NCBI GenBank assembly: GCA_964234715.1
Contig: OZ174280.1
Strand: one strand, 5' to 3'
Source of the DNA: Podarcis melisellensis
Taxonomy: Eukaryota
DNA length: 64,000 nucleotides
Shown: piece by piece, positions 1-12,748 of the stretch
How the letters are laid out: each line of letters begins with the position of its first letter
Numbering within the stretch: position 1 is the stretch's first letter
Position numbers and translations under genes: made by a program
The notes under the pieces: generated by a model
What the model was told of the DNA's origin: nothing
Databases searched by the model: none
What the model saw: the letters and a program-made list of their open reading frames with translations, nothing else

Positions 1-1880
1 CTGTGGTGAGGAAATTGACCATGTGTATTGCAGGGAGCTACAGTTTAGGAATATCACCTCTGAGTCCCTAAAAGGGCTGCTTTCTGTATTCAGCAGGACA
101 TGGTTTCTTCTTCAGTGTTTTAAATATTAGGAAGCACATGAAGGATGCTTGATCATTATGCAAGAACAGGCAAAGAACTTCTAATGAAACTGGCACTACT
201 ATAGAGAGTTAATGGTCTCTCTGGCGTACAAAGTGCCACACCCTTTTGGAAAAGGATGCCAAATAATGTCCCACAGAAACAATGGGGGGGGGGCTGTGTG
301 TTAAATGTTTTCATTGTGATTTGGATGAGCACACTGTGAGCATGTTTATAAAATCTGAAGACAGAGTGATATTTGGAGGGATCTCAAACATTTCAAAAAA
401 CAGATCAACTTGATAAATTTGAGTACTAGGCAGAGAGTAGCAACAGAAAACTGGACAAGATGGACTTTGTTGGAGTTTTCCAAACTGGGGGTTTGGGCCA
501 GTTAATCTTTAATGCCCTTTACTTAGTGGCACCAGCATAAACTGGATATGGGGGAGGGCATTCATAGCTGAAATAGCAGGGGTAGGGAAGGCTGGGGTTG
601 ATGAACTCCATCTGGATTTGGCATGTCTTAGAGGAACGAGGTTCAGTCACCCTTTAGAACAGATAGCTTTGTTGGTCTGAATAACCCTTTTCTAAATAAT
701 TTCCAGCCTTTAAGTAAGGTTTTACCCTGACCAAGAGTGGCTCTGTGAGTGCCAGCCTGATCCTCTTAAGCTCTGATTGTATAAAGGTGACAGGCAAAAA
801 AGAAAAAAAAAAAGCTGGCCCAAGACTAACTTATGCTCTCTCTTTTTGTGCATATTTATAAATACATCTCCTTTCACTGCACTAGGTCTAGATGTCCAAC
901 ACTCTGAATCTGGCAATGAAATGGTGGGAAAGGTGATGCCAGATGGGTTAAGCAGGACTTGTGGTTCGACGGCTTCTGGAAGGAGCCAGGGATCTGTCAG
1001 GACCAGTGAGATTAGTGCTTTTATTGATCCAACCTGCATAGTAAGGATATGGCTGTAAGCAGGGTGTAAGCAGGCATGAAACTGGTAAGGACACAGAAGC
1101 ACCTCATCCATTTGGGGGCATCTTGCATTCTCTGGGACTCAGAAAGTAACAACTCTTACAAGATGCAGAAATCTACCCGGCTGCCAGAATGATTACATCA
1201 ATGCAACCTTCAGCTTGGAAGCCCCAAAGAAGAATCTGTAGCGCAGAAAGGGTTTGTAGAGGGGATTATAAACAGGTAATGGGGCACACAAGGCAGCAGC
1301 AGCACTGCTCAATACACGATTAGAGGCATGGCCTTTCTAGTTCTTTCTTCTTCTTCATGGCTTTCTCAACAGAGAAATAGCATCACGGAGGAGGGAATGG
1401 GATGCATCCCTGTAGTCCCTTTCATACCAAGTCCTGTTTGCGAGGGAGGAAATTGCAATTCAGAAGCACCGTTGAAAATGTAAGAAAGCACCTTCTGCAG
1501 GCACAGAGGTCAGACGTCTGAGCGAAGGCCTTGAAACTTGGGTGGGCTCTGCCTCTGCCTGGTGAGGCGAGAGCAAAGCTTTTATCTTGTCCCTGCTCTT
1601 CCCTTCTCACTCCTCCTCTCCTCACACCCCAAAATCTGCATGAGAGAAACAATAGAGGCGCAGTTCTTTGCAGTAGGGCATTGAACTGAGGAGGGGGAGG
1701 AGAAGGGGAGGGAGAGGACAGCAGGAGCAGGGAACTCGCCCACTCACAGTCCCAGCACACAGCAGTCGGTCCAACCTGCTTTGCACACACATACATGCCT
1801 CAAGCATGGATGCATGTACCCTTCAGGCATGCACACGCATTGCCCTCCAGACATCTATTGACTGGTACATGCATGCAAGT

Positions 1881-1903
1881 ACACACACACACACACACAC
1901 ACA
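1881..1903. repeat. (CA)n microsatellite
   Basis: Direct reading. Confidence 0.95.
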
Positions 1904-2179
1904 AACATGGCAGGGGGAATGCAAGGTCTCTAGATTTCTCTCTTAGAATCAGAGGCCAATTCAGCAGTGGCTGTTCCATTAAGGCAAATGGCGGCACCAA
2001 CCTCAGTGAGCTATCAGTCAGCTCCCACCTGCCTGCCTTCTTACCTTCAACCAGCCCAGAGAGCAGCCTTGGATGTCAGCTTCCTCTTCCTTAATCTCAG
2101 TGTTGCCTTTGTAAAACTCAGCAGGGAAGAGGATGGGGACAAAACTAGAATGAGTTGGCTCTGCCTGTTGTTGGCTATG

Positions 2180-2193
2180 GCGCCACCTACTGT
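2180..2193 (-). promoter_or_regulatory. CTCF-like site
   Basis: Minus strand ACAGTAGGTGGCGC matches CCASYAGRKGGCRS at 13/14 positions, with the CpG retained. Confidence 0.55.
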
Positions 2194-2924
2194 CAATCTC
2201 CCTGCCATCTGCCCTGCCAGTCCCCGTGGACACCAGCCGCCATCGGGGACCATTGACTGTGTCATATGCTCCACATTCAGTAAGGCTATCAGACTGCAGA
2301 GACCAATAGAGCCCTTTAAAGGAGGAAATTTGCCGTGTAATAGCAAGACATAAAACATGGCCTTTCCAGAGCCATCCTAGTGTAGCTCATTTTGCCTGCT
2401 TAGATCCTAGCATGGAATTCTGAGTTTATTTTACTTATTTATTAAATATTTGTATCTCACGCTTGCAATAACACAGGGTCCTCAGATAAGCTTAAATAGA
2501 TTTAAGAACATGATAAAACATTATAAAGTTGTTGTTTTTAAAAAAATGGATTAATATTCAAGAGGTATGGGCACAAAAATACAACACTTGCTGGACAATA
2601 TTGAAAACGTTGGCAGTACCATGAAACAAAACTATTTAAACTTGACATCTGAACACACTCAAAGAGGTAAAGTGAGGCAAATATTCTGGGGCAGTGGCTA
2701 GAGTGGGTGCTGATGATAAGAAGGCCTGGTTATGCATTCCCATCCTCACAGGGCATAGAAGGGCCTCTCCCATTGACCTCAGGGTGTAGATAGATGCATA
2801 CAGAGGAATTGTTCTAGACATCACTGGTTGTGATAATATATTTAGTGGCAAGAAGAGCAAAATGTTGCAATAGTCTGAGGGAAAATATGGAAAGTGTTGT
2901 ATGATACATACAGAAACATAGAAA

Positions 2925-3125
2925 ACCAGCGTGGTATAGTGGTTACAGTGTCAGGCTAGGGTTTGGAAGACCAGAGTTCAAATCCTCACTCAGCCATGAA
3001 GCTCACAAAGTGACCTTGGGTCATTCACTGCCTCTCAGCCTAACCTACCTCATAGGGTTGTTGTGAGGATAAAATAAGAAGGGGAAGAACTATTAAGCTC
3101 CTGGCAGGAAAGGTGGGATATAAAT
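2925..3125 (+). mobile_element. tRNA-derived CORE-type SINE (Squam3/MIR-like)
   Basis: A-box GTGGTATAGTGG, B-box GTTCAAATCC, CORE-like GTGACCTTGGG...CTCTCAGCCTAACCTACCTCATAGGGTTGTTGTGAGGATAAAAT, and a TAA-repeat tail. Several other copies occur in the window. Confidence 0.85.
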
Positions 3126-3149
3126 GTAATAATAATAGTAATAATATTG

Positions 3150-3241
3150 AGCTCCATGTTGGGCAAAAGATTTCTGCATTGCAAGGGGTTGGACTAGATG
3201 ATCCTTGTGGTGCCTTCCAGCTCTATAATTCTATGATTCTA
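3150..3241 (+). mobile_element. 3' part of a tRNA-Lys-derived SINE with a CR1-like tail
   Basis: TTGGGCAAAAGA...GGACTAGATGA...CCTTCCAGCTCTATAATTCTATGATTCTA; matches the copies at 14408, 30455 and 34725. Confidence 0.8.
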
Positions 3242-3276
3242 ACAAAAAGATGTATTGAACCTAGTAGATATTTACT

Positions 3277-3631
3277 AGGTAAAGATAAAGGGCCCCCTGA
3301 CCATTAGGTCCAGTCATGGCCGACTCTGGGGTTGCAGCGCTTATCTTGCTTTATTGGCTGAGGGAGCTGGCGTACAGCTTCTGAGTCATGTGGCCAGCAT
3401 GACTAAGCCACTTCTGGTGAACCAGAGCAGCGCACAGAAACGCCGTTTACCTTCCCGCTGGAGCAGTACCTATTTATCTACTTGCACTTTGAGATGCTTT
3501 CAAACTGCTAGGTTGACAGGAGCAGGGACCAAGCAACAGGAGCTCACCCCGTCGCAGGGATTTGAACCGCCGACCTTCTGATCGGCAAGTCCTAGGCTCT
3601 GTGGTTTAACCCACAGCACCACCCGCGTCCC
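3277..3631 (-). mobile_element. Sauria SINE, full length
   Basis: Head GGGACGCGGGTGGTGCTGTGGGTTAAACCACAGAGCCTAGG, B-box GGTTCAAATCC, internal GTCATGCTGGCCACATGAC and an (ACCTTT)-like tail. Degenerate TSD ATTTACTAGGTA / ATTTATTGGGTA. Confidence 0.93.
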
Positions 3632-5207
3632 ATTTATTGGGTACAGCATGACAAAACATTATGAGGGTGCCAACATTAAAATTGAGCTCATAATTGAGCC
3701 CACCAATGGAATGTATCCTTTGATATATTTTTGTAGACCAGTGACACCCAACCCTCTAATATTTGGGTAGATATGCATAGTAACCTAGGTATGAATTATG
3801 AAGGACAGACAAATTGAGGCAAGTGGGCAGGCCTACTGTACTCATAACAACATCTTACCAGCAATAATTAATTGTACAGGTTTGTGGCTATGTAGCTAGC
3901 TCCGTGGTGGCAGAACCATTTTCAGGTATTGTGCCCTGTTGTACCAGCTATATGCACAATGCCACAACTCTGCGTCAGGCAATAACAATTGTGCCAAGCA
4001 TAGAAAGGTTGAATTGCCCTGCTATGGTATTATGATACCATTACAACCTATGACTGTGCACACCAGGGCATGTCAGTCTATGCTGACTGAGCACTACTCT
4101 AACCCTGTATTGGTTGGCATGATGATTACCAATGAAATTGGCTTTTAGATTGGAGGTTTAAAACCAGAGGCCTGCTGGGTACAATTTGGTCTTTTTAAGA
4201 GTGGCTCCTCAGCTGACAACCCAGAAGTGAGAAAGCAATGAAGACAAAGTGATGACACTGGAAACAGAACTTGCTAGCAGGACTTTTTTTTTGGCTGGGG
4301 GAAAGGGCCAGCTCCTCAAGGCGACTCTCCTGCAAAACTAATGGTTGACAAGGGTTTTAGATTGTGTGCTTCATCAGTTTTATTTAGCTTAATTTGGCCC
4401 TAAGGAAAATAATTCCAATCCTTTGTTTGTTTGCTTCAGCTTTCCTTGGGAAGTAAGGCCTCAGACCATTAAACAGCTGTTGAAGGCCTTGACAACAGTT
4501 AAGAGACAGGAAGCAGAAATGCTTGTGACTCCCCCCCCTTTTCACAGAGCAAAGTTACAAATGAAGGAGTTTTCCATGTATTTATCTTGAGAGCTAGCCA
4601 AGTCTGCAAAGCAACATGTTCCTAATTTTCTGTAGTTTTAACTCCAAATTAATTTGTAAGTGATCTGGGTGCCTTGTTCCTCGAATGACACCTAATAGTG
4701 CAAGGGAAGTGCCTGCCAACTGAAACTTTGCAGCGGGCAAAAAGAAAGCAGGTCAGGAAAAGGCCTGGAAGCACGACCCCCTGTGAGTGTTTAACAAGGT
4801 GTCAGCCCACGATGTTTGCAGATCAGACTAAGTGGCTGTGACATCAGAGTCCCGGGCAGAGGTGGAAAAGGGATTATTCTGATGGCCTGGATACAAGGCA
4901 GTACAGAGCAATAGCAGGCCCATCTTTATAGATGACTAGGCAGCCCGACTTCAACCTGGTCAGGATTTGTCCCTGGGTTAGGGATAGACATGCAAAGAGG
5001 GTGTGCTCACACACACCCTAATGTTTTTTAAAAAACTGGGGGTCAAAGGAAGCAGACAGAGAGAGATGCAAGCAGAATAAAAAGGCTGGAATGGGTCTGC
5101 AGCTGTCTCTGGAAGTGGTGACAAGGCAATTGGCTCCAGTGATGGCAGTAAGGAAGGAGCAGAAATTCCCTCCTTCTCAGGCAAAAGCTAAAAATCCATA
5201 CTGCCGC

Positions 5208-5270
5208 CTTCTTCTTCTTCTTCTTCTTCTTCTTCTTCTTCTTCTTCTTCTTCTTCTTCTTCTTCTTCTT
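5208..5270. repeat. (CTT)~21 microsatellite
   Basis: Direct reading; it explains the poly-K, poly-L and poly-R ORFs in the track. Confidence 0.97.
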
Positions 5271-7809
5271 CTCATGACACTGTCTCCATCCAAGCTCCAC
5301 TGGCCACCTTTTGTGGAGAGAGATCTGTGGGGTGAGGGGCTGCTTTTGTGGCATGCAAGCAAGGGGGAGGAGCCATTTGGCCCCTGGCCCTCCAGAATTA
5401 CCCTGCCTCTGGTCAGCTTTGCAAGGGTCTTTTTCTCTGCAGGAAAAATCTAATGTTTTGGCTTCTAGATGTGATCGTTTTGTTGGCTTGTTTTTCTTCT
5501 TTACCTCTTCCTAATCCTTATTTGTTTGTCTTGTCATTTCCCTCCCCCTTCCTTTGTTTAAATAAATAAATCATCCACCCATCCACCCATTAAGGGTGCA
5601 CACCTTAATGAAATGTGCTGTGCACTTCTATGGACCATCATGCATTTTGCAGCATAACTACTGAATGCCCCAGAGCAGCTGCAAGTAAAGGCTTCAAGTA
5701 TTGGCTTAGATTAATGTATGGTTGCCATACGTCCGGAATTTCCATAGCCATGATTCAGTGGTCAGAAACAGTGTCTAGATTTTCACTTTTTGAAATATGG
5801 CAGCCCTAAGTAACGGCCATTTCTTCCTAGCCAATCTCCAAATGCTTCCTCAGTAAGACAGCTGGAGACATTGGTTGAGTGCTATAAAGATGTATCTTGG
5901 GGGCTGAATGGGCCCATGCATGTGAGAGCCAGTTGGCACTCCCACTAGGGGAAGCTGCTGGCCACCATTAGATATATTCTGAACCTCATTCAGCCCAAGG
6001 TAATAAATGAGCTGGAACCACCTCTGAACATAAAATATGCTCAAGAAGGAATATTATACAAGAAACTGACATGAAAATTTGCCTTACCATGCTATTTGGA
6101 ATTTTCATTCAGAAACTTGGATGGAGCCTGGCAGCATGGTGGAATCCCAGGAACAGCTGAAGGTTAGAGGTCAGAAATTGGGAAGTTTCCTGCTGGGCAT
6201 TACTGGAAACTGGCCATGTATCTCTGCATCATGTCTGGCTGCAAGACAGCAATGAATCTAAAGTTAAGAAGGTTGCCAAAAGATCAAAGGCTGATTATGT
6301 GTTTTTTGAATTCCTATACTTAGTGTTCATTTGCTATGTTGTGAGCCACTTTGGGTACAGTTTTGTGGAACAGTGTCATACAAATAAACACATGATGATA
6401 GCAAAAAGAAGAAAAAGGTTCCTATGCTATAAAAGTGTGATGCAGGAATCAAAGACAGCTATTTGACTATGGCAATTAGGAAAAAACCCCTTTGAATATC
6501 AGAAAGGAGGTAGAGTAAGAGTGAAAATTAAAGTGGGAGAGGCTACCCCCCCCCCCACCTTCCCACCCTAGGACATGAAGAAGAGTCTGACTTGTAGAAG
6601 AAGTCAACAAGATGGTGATTTATCTCCCTTCAGTTTGGAGAGATGCTGGGAGGAGAGTAGTGACCTAAAGCAAAAGAAAGGAGAAATTTGTAAGGTAAGC
6701 CTGGAAGATATGGTAAACACTGTCTGAAATTCTGGAGAGCCAGGCAGCGTAAACAAGGTTTGGGCAGACAGACCCATGATCTGACTCAGTACAATGCAGC
6801 TCCCTGTGGTTGTATGAAAAGCCCCCATATAAGAGTCTCACTGGGGGCAGCAGTGTGTGTATGTGTACAATAGGTGCTGTGGCTGCTGAGCAGAGGAGAC
6901 ATCAGGGGAGTGATGGCAGAGTTGGGCCTCCACTAGCCATGCTCTTTCTGATGCGCTTACAGTAAAGAAACAAACCTCTGTGATTCCATGCTGAACAGGG
7001 GGGAACTAAATTGGCTCAGGCTCTTGCGTCATGGGAAGCGTGAAGGTTTGAGTTGGCTGGCAAGGTGGTTGTAACCTTGGCACCTGGACAGAAACCCCTT
7101 TATTCCAAGCCTTCTTCTACCTAGTAACTACTGGAGTTGGCTGCATCATCACAAGCTGCCCAGCACTCACCTCAGGCCTTCTCAGCCATGAAGAAGAGAG
7201 CAGGCCAAACCCACAGCGGTTCGCCAGTGTCCCAGGGCTCCCCGCTCTTAATAGGCCACTGCTAGAAACAAGGAAGTCTCTGGCTCCCACCAGGAGTTAA
7301 TTAACAGAAGGAAAACACTTTTAAAGGCTGCCAAGCAAGCAATCGACAGTGTCAGGCAAGGTTACTACTACACAAACTGAGCTCAGCTACACAACTTTTA
7401 GCCAGGATCCACAACACGCACACACACAGAGAGCTGCTGGCAATCTCTGTGAATGAGCAGCTCACCAACAAAATGCCTGAGGAAAGGGCAGTGGTTCAGC
7501 TGGGAATCCAAGTTATTTGCCTGTTGGCTAGGATGGCAAGGCCAGGGATTGCTTCAGACCTGTGGAGGACCAACTAGAATACAGGCACTGAGAAGTCTCA
7601 GGTCTGAAAACATTCAGGTGAAGCAAGGAAAAGAACTAGTCAAGATGGAGCATCCTGAATTATGCCACTTATCATTGGGATCCTACCCACAGGCAAAAGT
7701 CTGGGGGAAGAGGATTGACGCAAATATAGGTGTGTGTGTGAAAGCTTTCATGCGTTGGTAGCTTCTCATTTGGATTATTAGAATGTGTTTGTGGGTGGGG
7801 CTGCGTGTC

Positions 7810-8455
7810 TCTGGAGTCAGTCGGGAAGCTTCAGCAGATGCCAAATATGGCTGTGAGAGTGTTAATTGGGACCAGACATTATGAACATAATATCTCACAC
7901 TTTTCTCATCCTCACTGTCTCCTAATTCAAAGTGCTGGTTTTGGCCTAAAAGGCCTACATAATTCAGGGCCTTGGGACTTGAAGGGACGCCTCTTCCTGC
8001 CTATATGGTGAGCTCATCTGTGGGTGCCCTTTTCCAGGTGCCCCCTCAACCCAAAGTTATGAGGGTAGTCATGAGAGGGAGAGAGAGGGTCTTTTCAGTG
8101 GCAGAAAGTGTTCCTGGGGAAGTTTGCCTTCTCTGGCATCCATGTTCTCTTTTTGGCATCAGGCTTAAGACTTTTCTGTTCTCTCAAGCCATTTAATATC
8201 ATGTGTTTGGTTTTCTTTTTCGTTCCTGTGATAGTCTTAGTGGTCTTTATGTACTTCTATATTTGCTGGTTGTTTTTTAGCTCATGTGAGCTAAAATACT
8301 GTATTTTATTTTGTTGTTCTTTTGGCTAGATGTTTAAGTTACAGTCTGAATTTTTATGGTGCTATTATGCTTTTCATTTATTTGCATTATGTCCGGAGAA
8401 CTTATTTATGAGGCATCTGACAAATATAAACAAATATATAATAAATAAATAATGG
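7810..8455 (+). mobile_element. Degenerate L2-type LINE 3' end (ORF2 C-terminus, 3' UTR, (TAAA)n tail)
   Basis: KLQ..QN.A.R-like coding remnant, AGGGTCTTTTCAGTGG motif, T-rich UTR and AATAAATAAAT tail. Confidence 0.65.
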
Positions 8456-9123
8456 TATTACTAATTAGTGAGGAATTGGGTAGAATTTTTCCTGCCCTTC
8501 TATCTGCATGTGTAAATTGCCTAGAGACTTCGAGGGGAAGGGAGAAGGGGGAAGAAGGAAAGAAAAAGGAAATTCAGGAATGAAGCACCAAATTTGCCTG
8601 AGGTATCCAGACTCCTACCATGACAACAGCTCTGATCAGAATGTTTGGAGTTGACAAACCAAACCCTCTCACATCAGCAGCCAAAAAGTCTTTATAAAGT
8701 TAGCTCAGGCAGAACAGAATTCAGAGGACACAAGCAGAGTATTCTCGAAAGCCACGTTGCTATCTCTGCCCAGTCTATCATGCTCCTAAGGCTGGCCTCT
8801 AACACTAAGACTAAGAGGGACCTAAAGGCCTGGCTCAGAGATTCAAACAAAGAAGAACAAATCTCTTGCTTACTGTCAGTCATGGGACTTACAGAATAAC
8901 CTAACAAAGTCCTTACTATGTCAGATGAATGGTCTCTCTGCTTACCTTGCCTGTGACAGCAACTAGCTCAAGATGACCCTTCGACAAGGCAAACAGCAGA
9001 ACAGAACACTGAAAGATGAATAGGAAGGTGCCATATGACATACCCATTTGTTCACCTGACTCATTGTCTCCATTACACTGGCTGTGTTCATGCCTCATGG
9101 TCAGCCACAAACATGGAGAACTG

Positions 9124-9496
9124 CTACCAGTCAGTGGTCCTGTCTGCATGTTGCAGAAAGCCACAAACAATGGCTTACTGTGAACAAGCAGAGTGCAAGT
9201 CCATGCTGCTGAATAACTCCCATTTTACTCCACTCTTCCTCAAACTGGGAGGAACAAACAAGACTTGGCTTACTATGACATCTGAAGCAGCACTCGTGGG
9301 TTTGCCCCCTGCTCCAAACATACCACAATGGTTAGCCAAGGTTTGCTCATTGCTTTCAAATTGTGTTTTGAACAAACCATGAGTGCTGGTTCATATGCCA
9401 TGGGAAGCCAAGGCTTGTGGTTTGTTGCTCCCAGCTTCAGGAGGGCAGCGATTTAGCAGCATGCACTAGCATATGAAAGGGCCCACTGACTGGCAG
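9124..9496. mobile_element. Foldback non-autonomous DNA transposon (MITE, possibly Harbinger-like)
   Basis: Long imperfect inverted arms: CAGTCAGTGG / CCACTGACTG, CATGCTGCT / AGCAGCATG, CTTGGCTT / AAGCCAAG and CAGCACTC / GAGTGCTG. Confidence 0.6.
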
Positions 9497-10325
9497 CAGA
9501 CCACCAGGGTTTTGGACCTACTTGGAGAAGCAATAGATTGGAGACCTGTCATTAATGTATGTTGTCTGTTTACCCTGTAAACCCACATCACAACCATGTC
9601 TGGGTTTTATTCTACTGTGTGGTGCTACAGTGGTTCAAGCTGCTTATACCCCATTTTGTATTCACTCCTCTTCCATCATTATGCCCAGTGATTTAACACA
9701 CAGTCAGGAAGCACTTTAGGAATTGGTAGGCATCATTCCCTGAGATACCCCCTAACTCACAACTGGAAGCTAGCCTTGTGAACTGCACTGCATATCTAGG
9801 TTCTTGTCAGTTTTGTGGAACAGCAGGAACTGGGATAAGTTATTTCTACAGTGGGCCTGGGTGGGAAGCAAAGAGTTTCTGACCTACGGAGAAGGAATGA
9901 ATGGGTACGGAATAAATCCAACATACATTTATTTACCTACCTACTTACAACTCAAAATGATGTGTCTAAGTGGTGCACAATAAAACCATTCCATAAAATG
10001 CAAAATAGGTTAAAATACAGATCACAAATCCCAACTGCAACATACACAGATGTCTAATGCCAGAAACAATTTGTGAAGAAGTAAAAATACAGTTGAGCCT
10101 TCATCAGGAAAGACCTTTTACTCCCCAAAGCCTCAGAGCTCTGGGAAAGGGGTTATTGGGCTGCCATAGACCCCACAAGCTGACCAAACTCACTTGGACA
10201 AGACTGAACTTCTGGTGCCTATGGCAGATATTGTTGGAGGGGACACTGAGAGAGGCAAGGCACAACTCAGTAAGAAGGACTAGTTGCTGCTGCTCTAATG
10301 GCTTCCGGGACTATATTCTCTAATG

Positions 10326-10461
10326 CAGTGTTTCCCAACCTTGGGCCTCCAGCTGTTTTTGAACTACAATTCCCATCATCCCTGAGCACTGGTCTTGCTA
10401 GCTAGGGATGATGGGAGTTGTAGTCCAAAAACAGCTGGAGGCCCAAGGTTGGGAAACACTG
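10326..10461. mobile_element. hAT-type palindromic MITE
   Basis: Near-perfect ~55-bp inverted arms starting CAGTGTTTCCCAACCTTGGGCCTCCAGCTG; 8-bp TSD CTCTAATG / CTCTAGTG. Confidence 0.92.
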
Positions 10462-10929
10462 CTCTAGTGAAAGAAATGTAAGGTTTGGGATCTGGCCAAA
10501 GCTCAATTTGGAGTTGACACACTTTACCTGTTTTGTCTTCAACAGGGGCTCCCATCTGAGTGTATCCTCCGTGGAATTGATGGATCACAGGGCGTTCCAA
10601 TGGGCATTCCCTTTGGACAGCAGGTCAGTCTCCCTCTGTATAAGGCAGGTTCCTATGTATGCCAATATCATAACCTTAGACTTGGCCTGGTAAAGGTAGA
10701 TGCAATGGAAAATTTCCTTGGAGCAAAGATGGGATATAAAGGCAGTAAAATAAATACTTTCCGTTTTGTCTACTCACCACACTTCATTTACAGCACAGGT
10801 AAGCCAATTATTCCTAGTTTTTCTCTTCTGTCTGCTTCTGAAAGCAAGTTAGTGACTCTCCCACAATCCTCTACTTAGATGAGAGAAACAGAAATCACAT
10901 CTTCACCATATATGGAAAGCCCTCTTATA

Positions 10930-11115
10930 GCAGTCATGGCCTCTCCCTGAAGAATTCTGGGTACTGCGAGTTTGTTGGTGCTGGGTGTTGTTAGGAGACC
11001 CTTTATAAAGCAACAATTCCCAGCACCTTAACAACTACAGTTCCCAGGATTTGGGGGTGGGGGTAGGTCATGACTGTTAAAGTAGCATAGGAGTGTTTTC
11101 AATGTACAGTGTGGA
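10930..11115. mobile_element. Palindromic non-autonomous DNA transposon fragment
   Basis: Inverted arms CAGTCATGGC / GTCATGACTG and GTGCTGGG / CCCAGCAC; related copy at 54750-54900. Confidence 0.6.
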
Positions 11116-11914
11116 TCTGAAGAAAAGTAGAGACAAGGAAATGAATGAGACATCTTGCTTCATTCCCTGTTTGGCAGAGTGATCGTTCTATTAAATCTGT
11201 TATCAAAACTGTGTTTTGCCAATCTTTCCCCACCCACCCCGCCTACACCCTATGCCAACCAGATCTTGCTTGGGCATCTTTGACCTTCAGGGTGCGGCCT
11301 TACTGCATGAAGCCAAGGACAAGATGACACCCATCATTCAACATTCAGAAATCAAGCAGGCAGGCAACTGAATTGTATTTCATCACCAACAACATGACAA
11401 TGTCCCATTGAAGACAGCAGATTAGTTTTTGGAAGCACAGAGTAGGATATGAGGCACATATATCACTCTGCTGTTCAACAGAGGCGAATTACCTCGGTTG
11501 GAAGGGGCTGCTGCCTCTGCTCCCCACCCCCAACACTCAGCAGCTGCCTCTCAAGGCAGCTCCCTTAGCCTAATGGCAGGGCTGGCTGTGGCCTTGAGTA
11601 AAGCCAATGACCACAAGGTCTTCTCTTCTGCTTCCAGCAGAATATGGGAGCATTATGAATTGCAATGTGTGAACGGATCTGATTGAGTGAGCCTACCTCT
11701 GGGTAGAGTATATTATCCAGGATTATCAGGGCAGCATAAGTACTATTGATGTTTGTTTTTAATTCCTTTTTTGCTTTTAACTTGTTTTTAACTTTATGAT
11801 TTTATTGTTTGGTTTTATGATTTTATATTATTATAAACCACTGTGATACATCTTTATGATACAGTGGTATATAAATATTCAAATAAATAAATAAACAAAC
11901 AAACAAACAAACTT

Positions 11915-12185
11915 GTCCTACTTTATCTTTACAATCACCCTGTAAGGAAGCTTAGGTTGAAAGATAATGATTGGCCCAAAGACGCCCAGTGAGCTCCTTT
12001 CCAAAGCAGGGATCTGAACATGGGTCTTCTTGGTCCTAGTCTGACACTCTTATCCAGGAGTAGCCAATGTGGTGCCTTCCAATTCTCATCACCGCTAGCT
12101 GTGGCTGATGGGAGTTGTAGTCCAAAACCTCAAAAGATCAAGATGCTGGCTACTGCTTTTCTAAACACTGCACTACACTGGCTAT
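11915..12185 (-). mobile_element. CORE-type SINE interrupted by a hAT MITE (~12055-12157)
   Basis: SINE body TTATCTTTACAATCACCCTGTAAGG...GGCCCAAAGACGCCCAGTGAGC is separated from its head CACTACACTGGCT by a GCTGATGGGAGTTGTAGTCCAAAA MITE. Confidence 0.65.
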
Positions 12186-12454
12186 CCATCCATATATTAA
12201 TACATGAACATATACATATCAGCAGTGACACAGTTTACCACTCTAGAAGTCCAAAAACCTGCCGATGTGGAAATGAGTGGAAAGGCAGTGTACCATCTCT
12301 TTTTTTGTAACTCTACCATAGGCCTTGAGCGTGATAGGGTCCTACCATGATATTACATTGCAAAGGTTGTTACCTGGCACTTTAGGGCCAAAGAAGATGC
12401 AGAGTCTCTTCATTCAGCTAGTGAAGTGATACTGACATCTTGCCAAAAGTATTA

Positions 12455-12589
12455 TGAAAAGCTCACTGGGGGAACTTGGGCAAGTCACTGCCTCTCAGCC
12501 TAACCTACCTCACAGGGTTATTGTGAGGATTAAATGAAATGGGGGGAGAACCATGAACACTACCTTTAGCTCTTTGTTAAAAAGGCAGA
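12455..12589 (+). mobile_element. CORE-type SINE, 5'-truncated, running into the assembly gap
   Basis: GCTCACTGGG...CTCTCAGCCTAACCTACCTCACAGGGTTATTGTGAGGAT. Confidence 0.8.
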
Positions 12590-12748
12590 NNNNNNNNNNN
12601 NNNNNNNNNNNNNNNNNNNNNNNNNNNNNNNNNNNNNNNNNNNNNNNNNNNNNNNNNNNNNNNNNNNNNNNNNNNNNNNNNNNNNNNNNNNNNNNNNNNN
12701 NNNNNNNNNNNNNNNNNNNNNNNNNNNNNNNNNNNNNNNNNNNNNNNN
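12590..12748. other. Assembly gap (159 N)
   Basis: Run of N. Confidence 1.

Noticed and set aside
5043-5453. ORFs with poly-Lys, poly-Leu or poly-Arg (signal-peptide-like or protamine-like)
   Set aside because: Produced by the (CTT)n microsatellite; there is no other coding signal.
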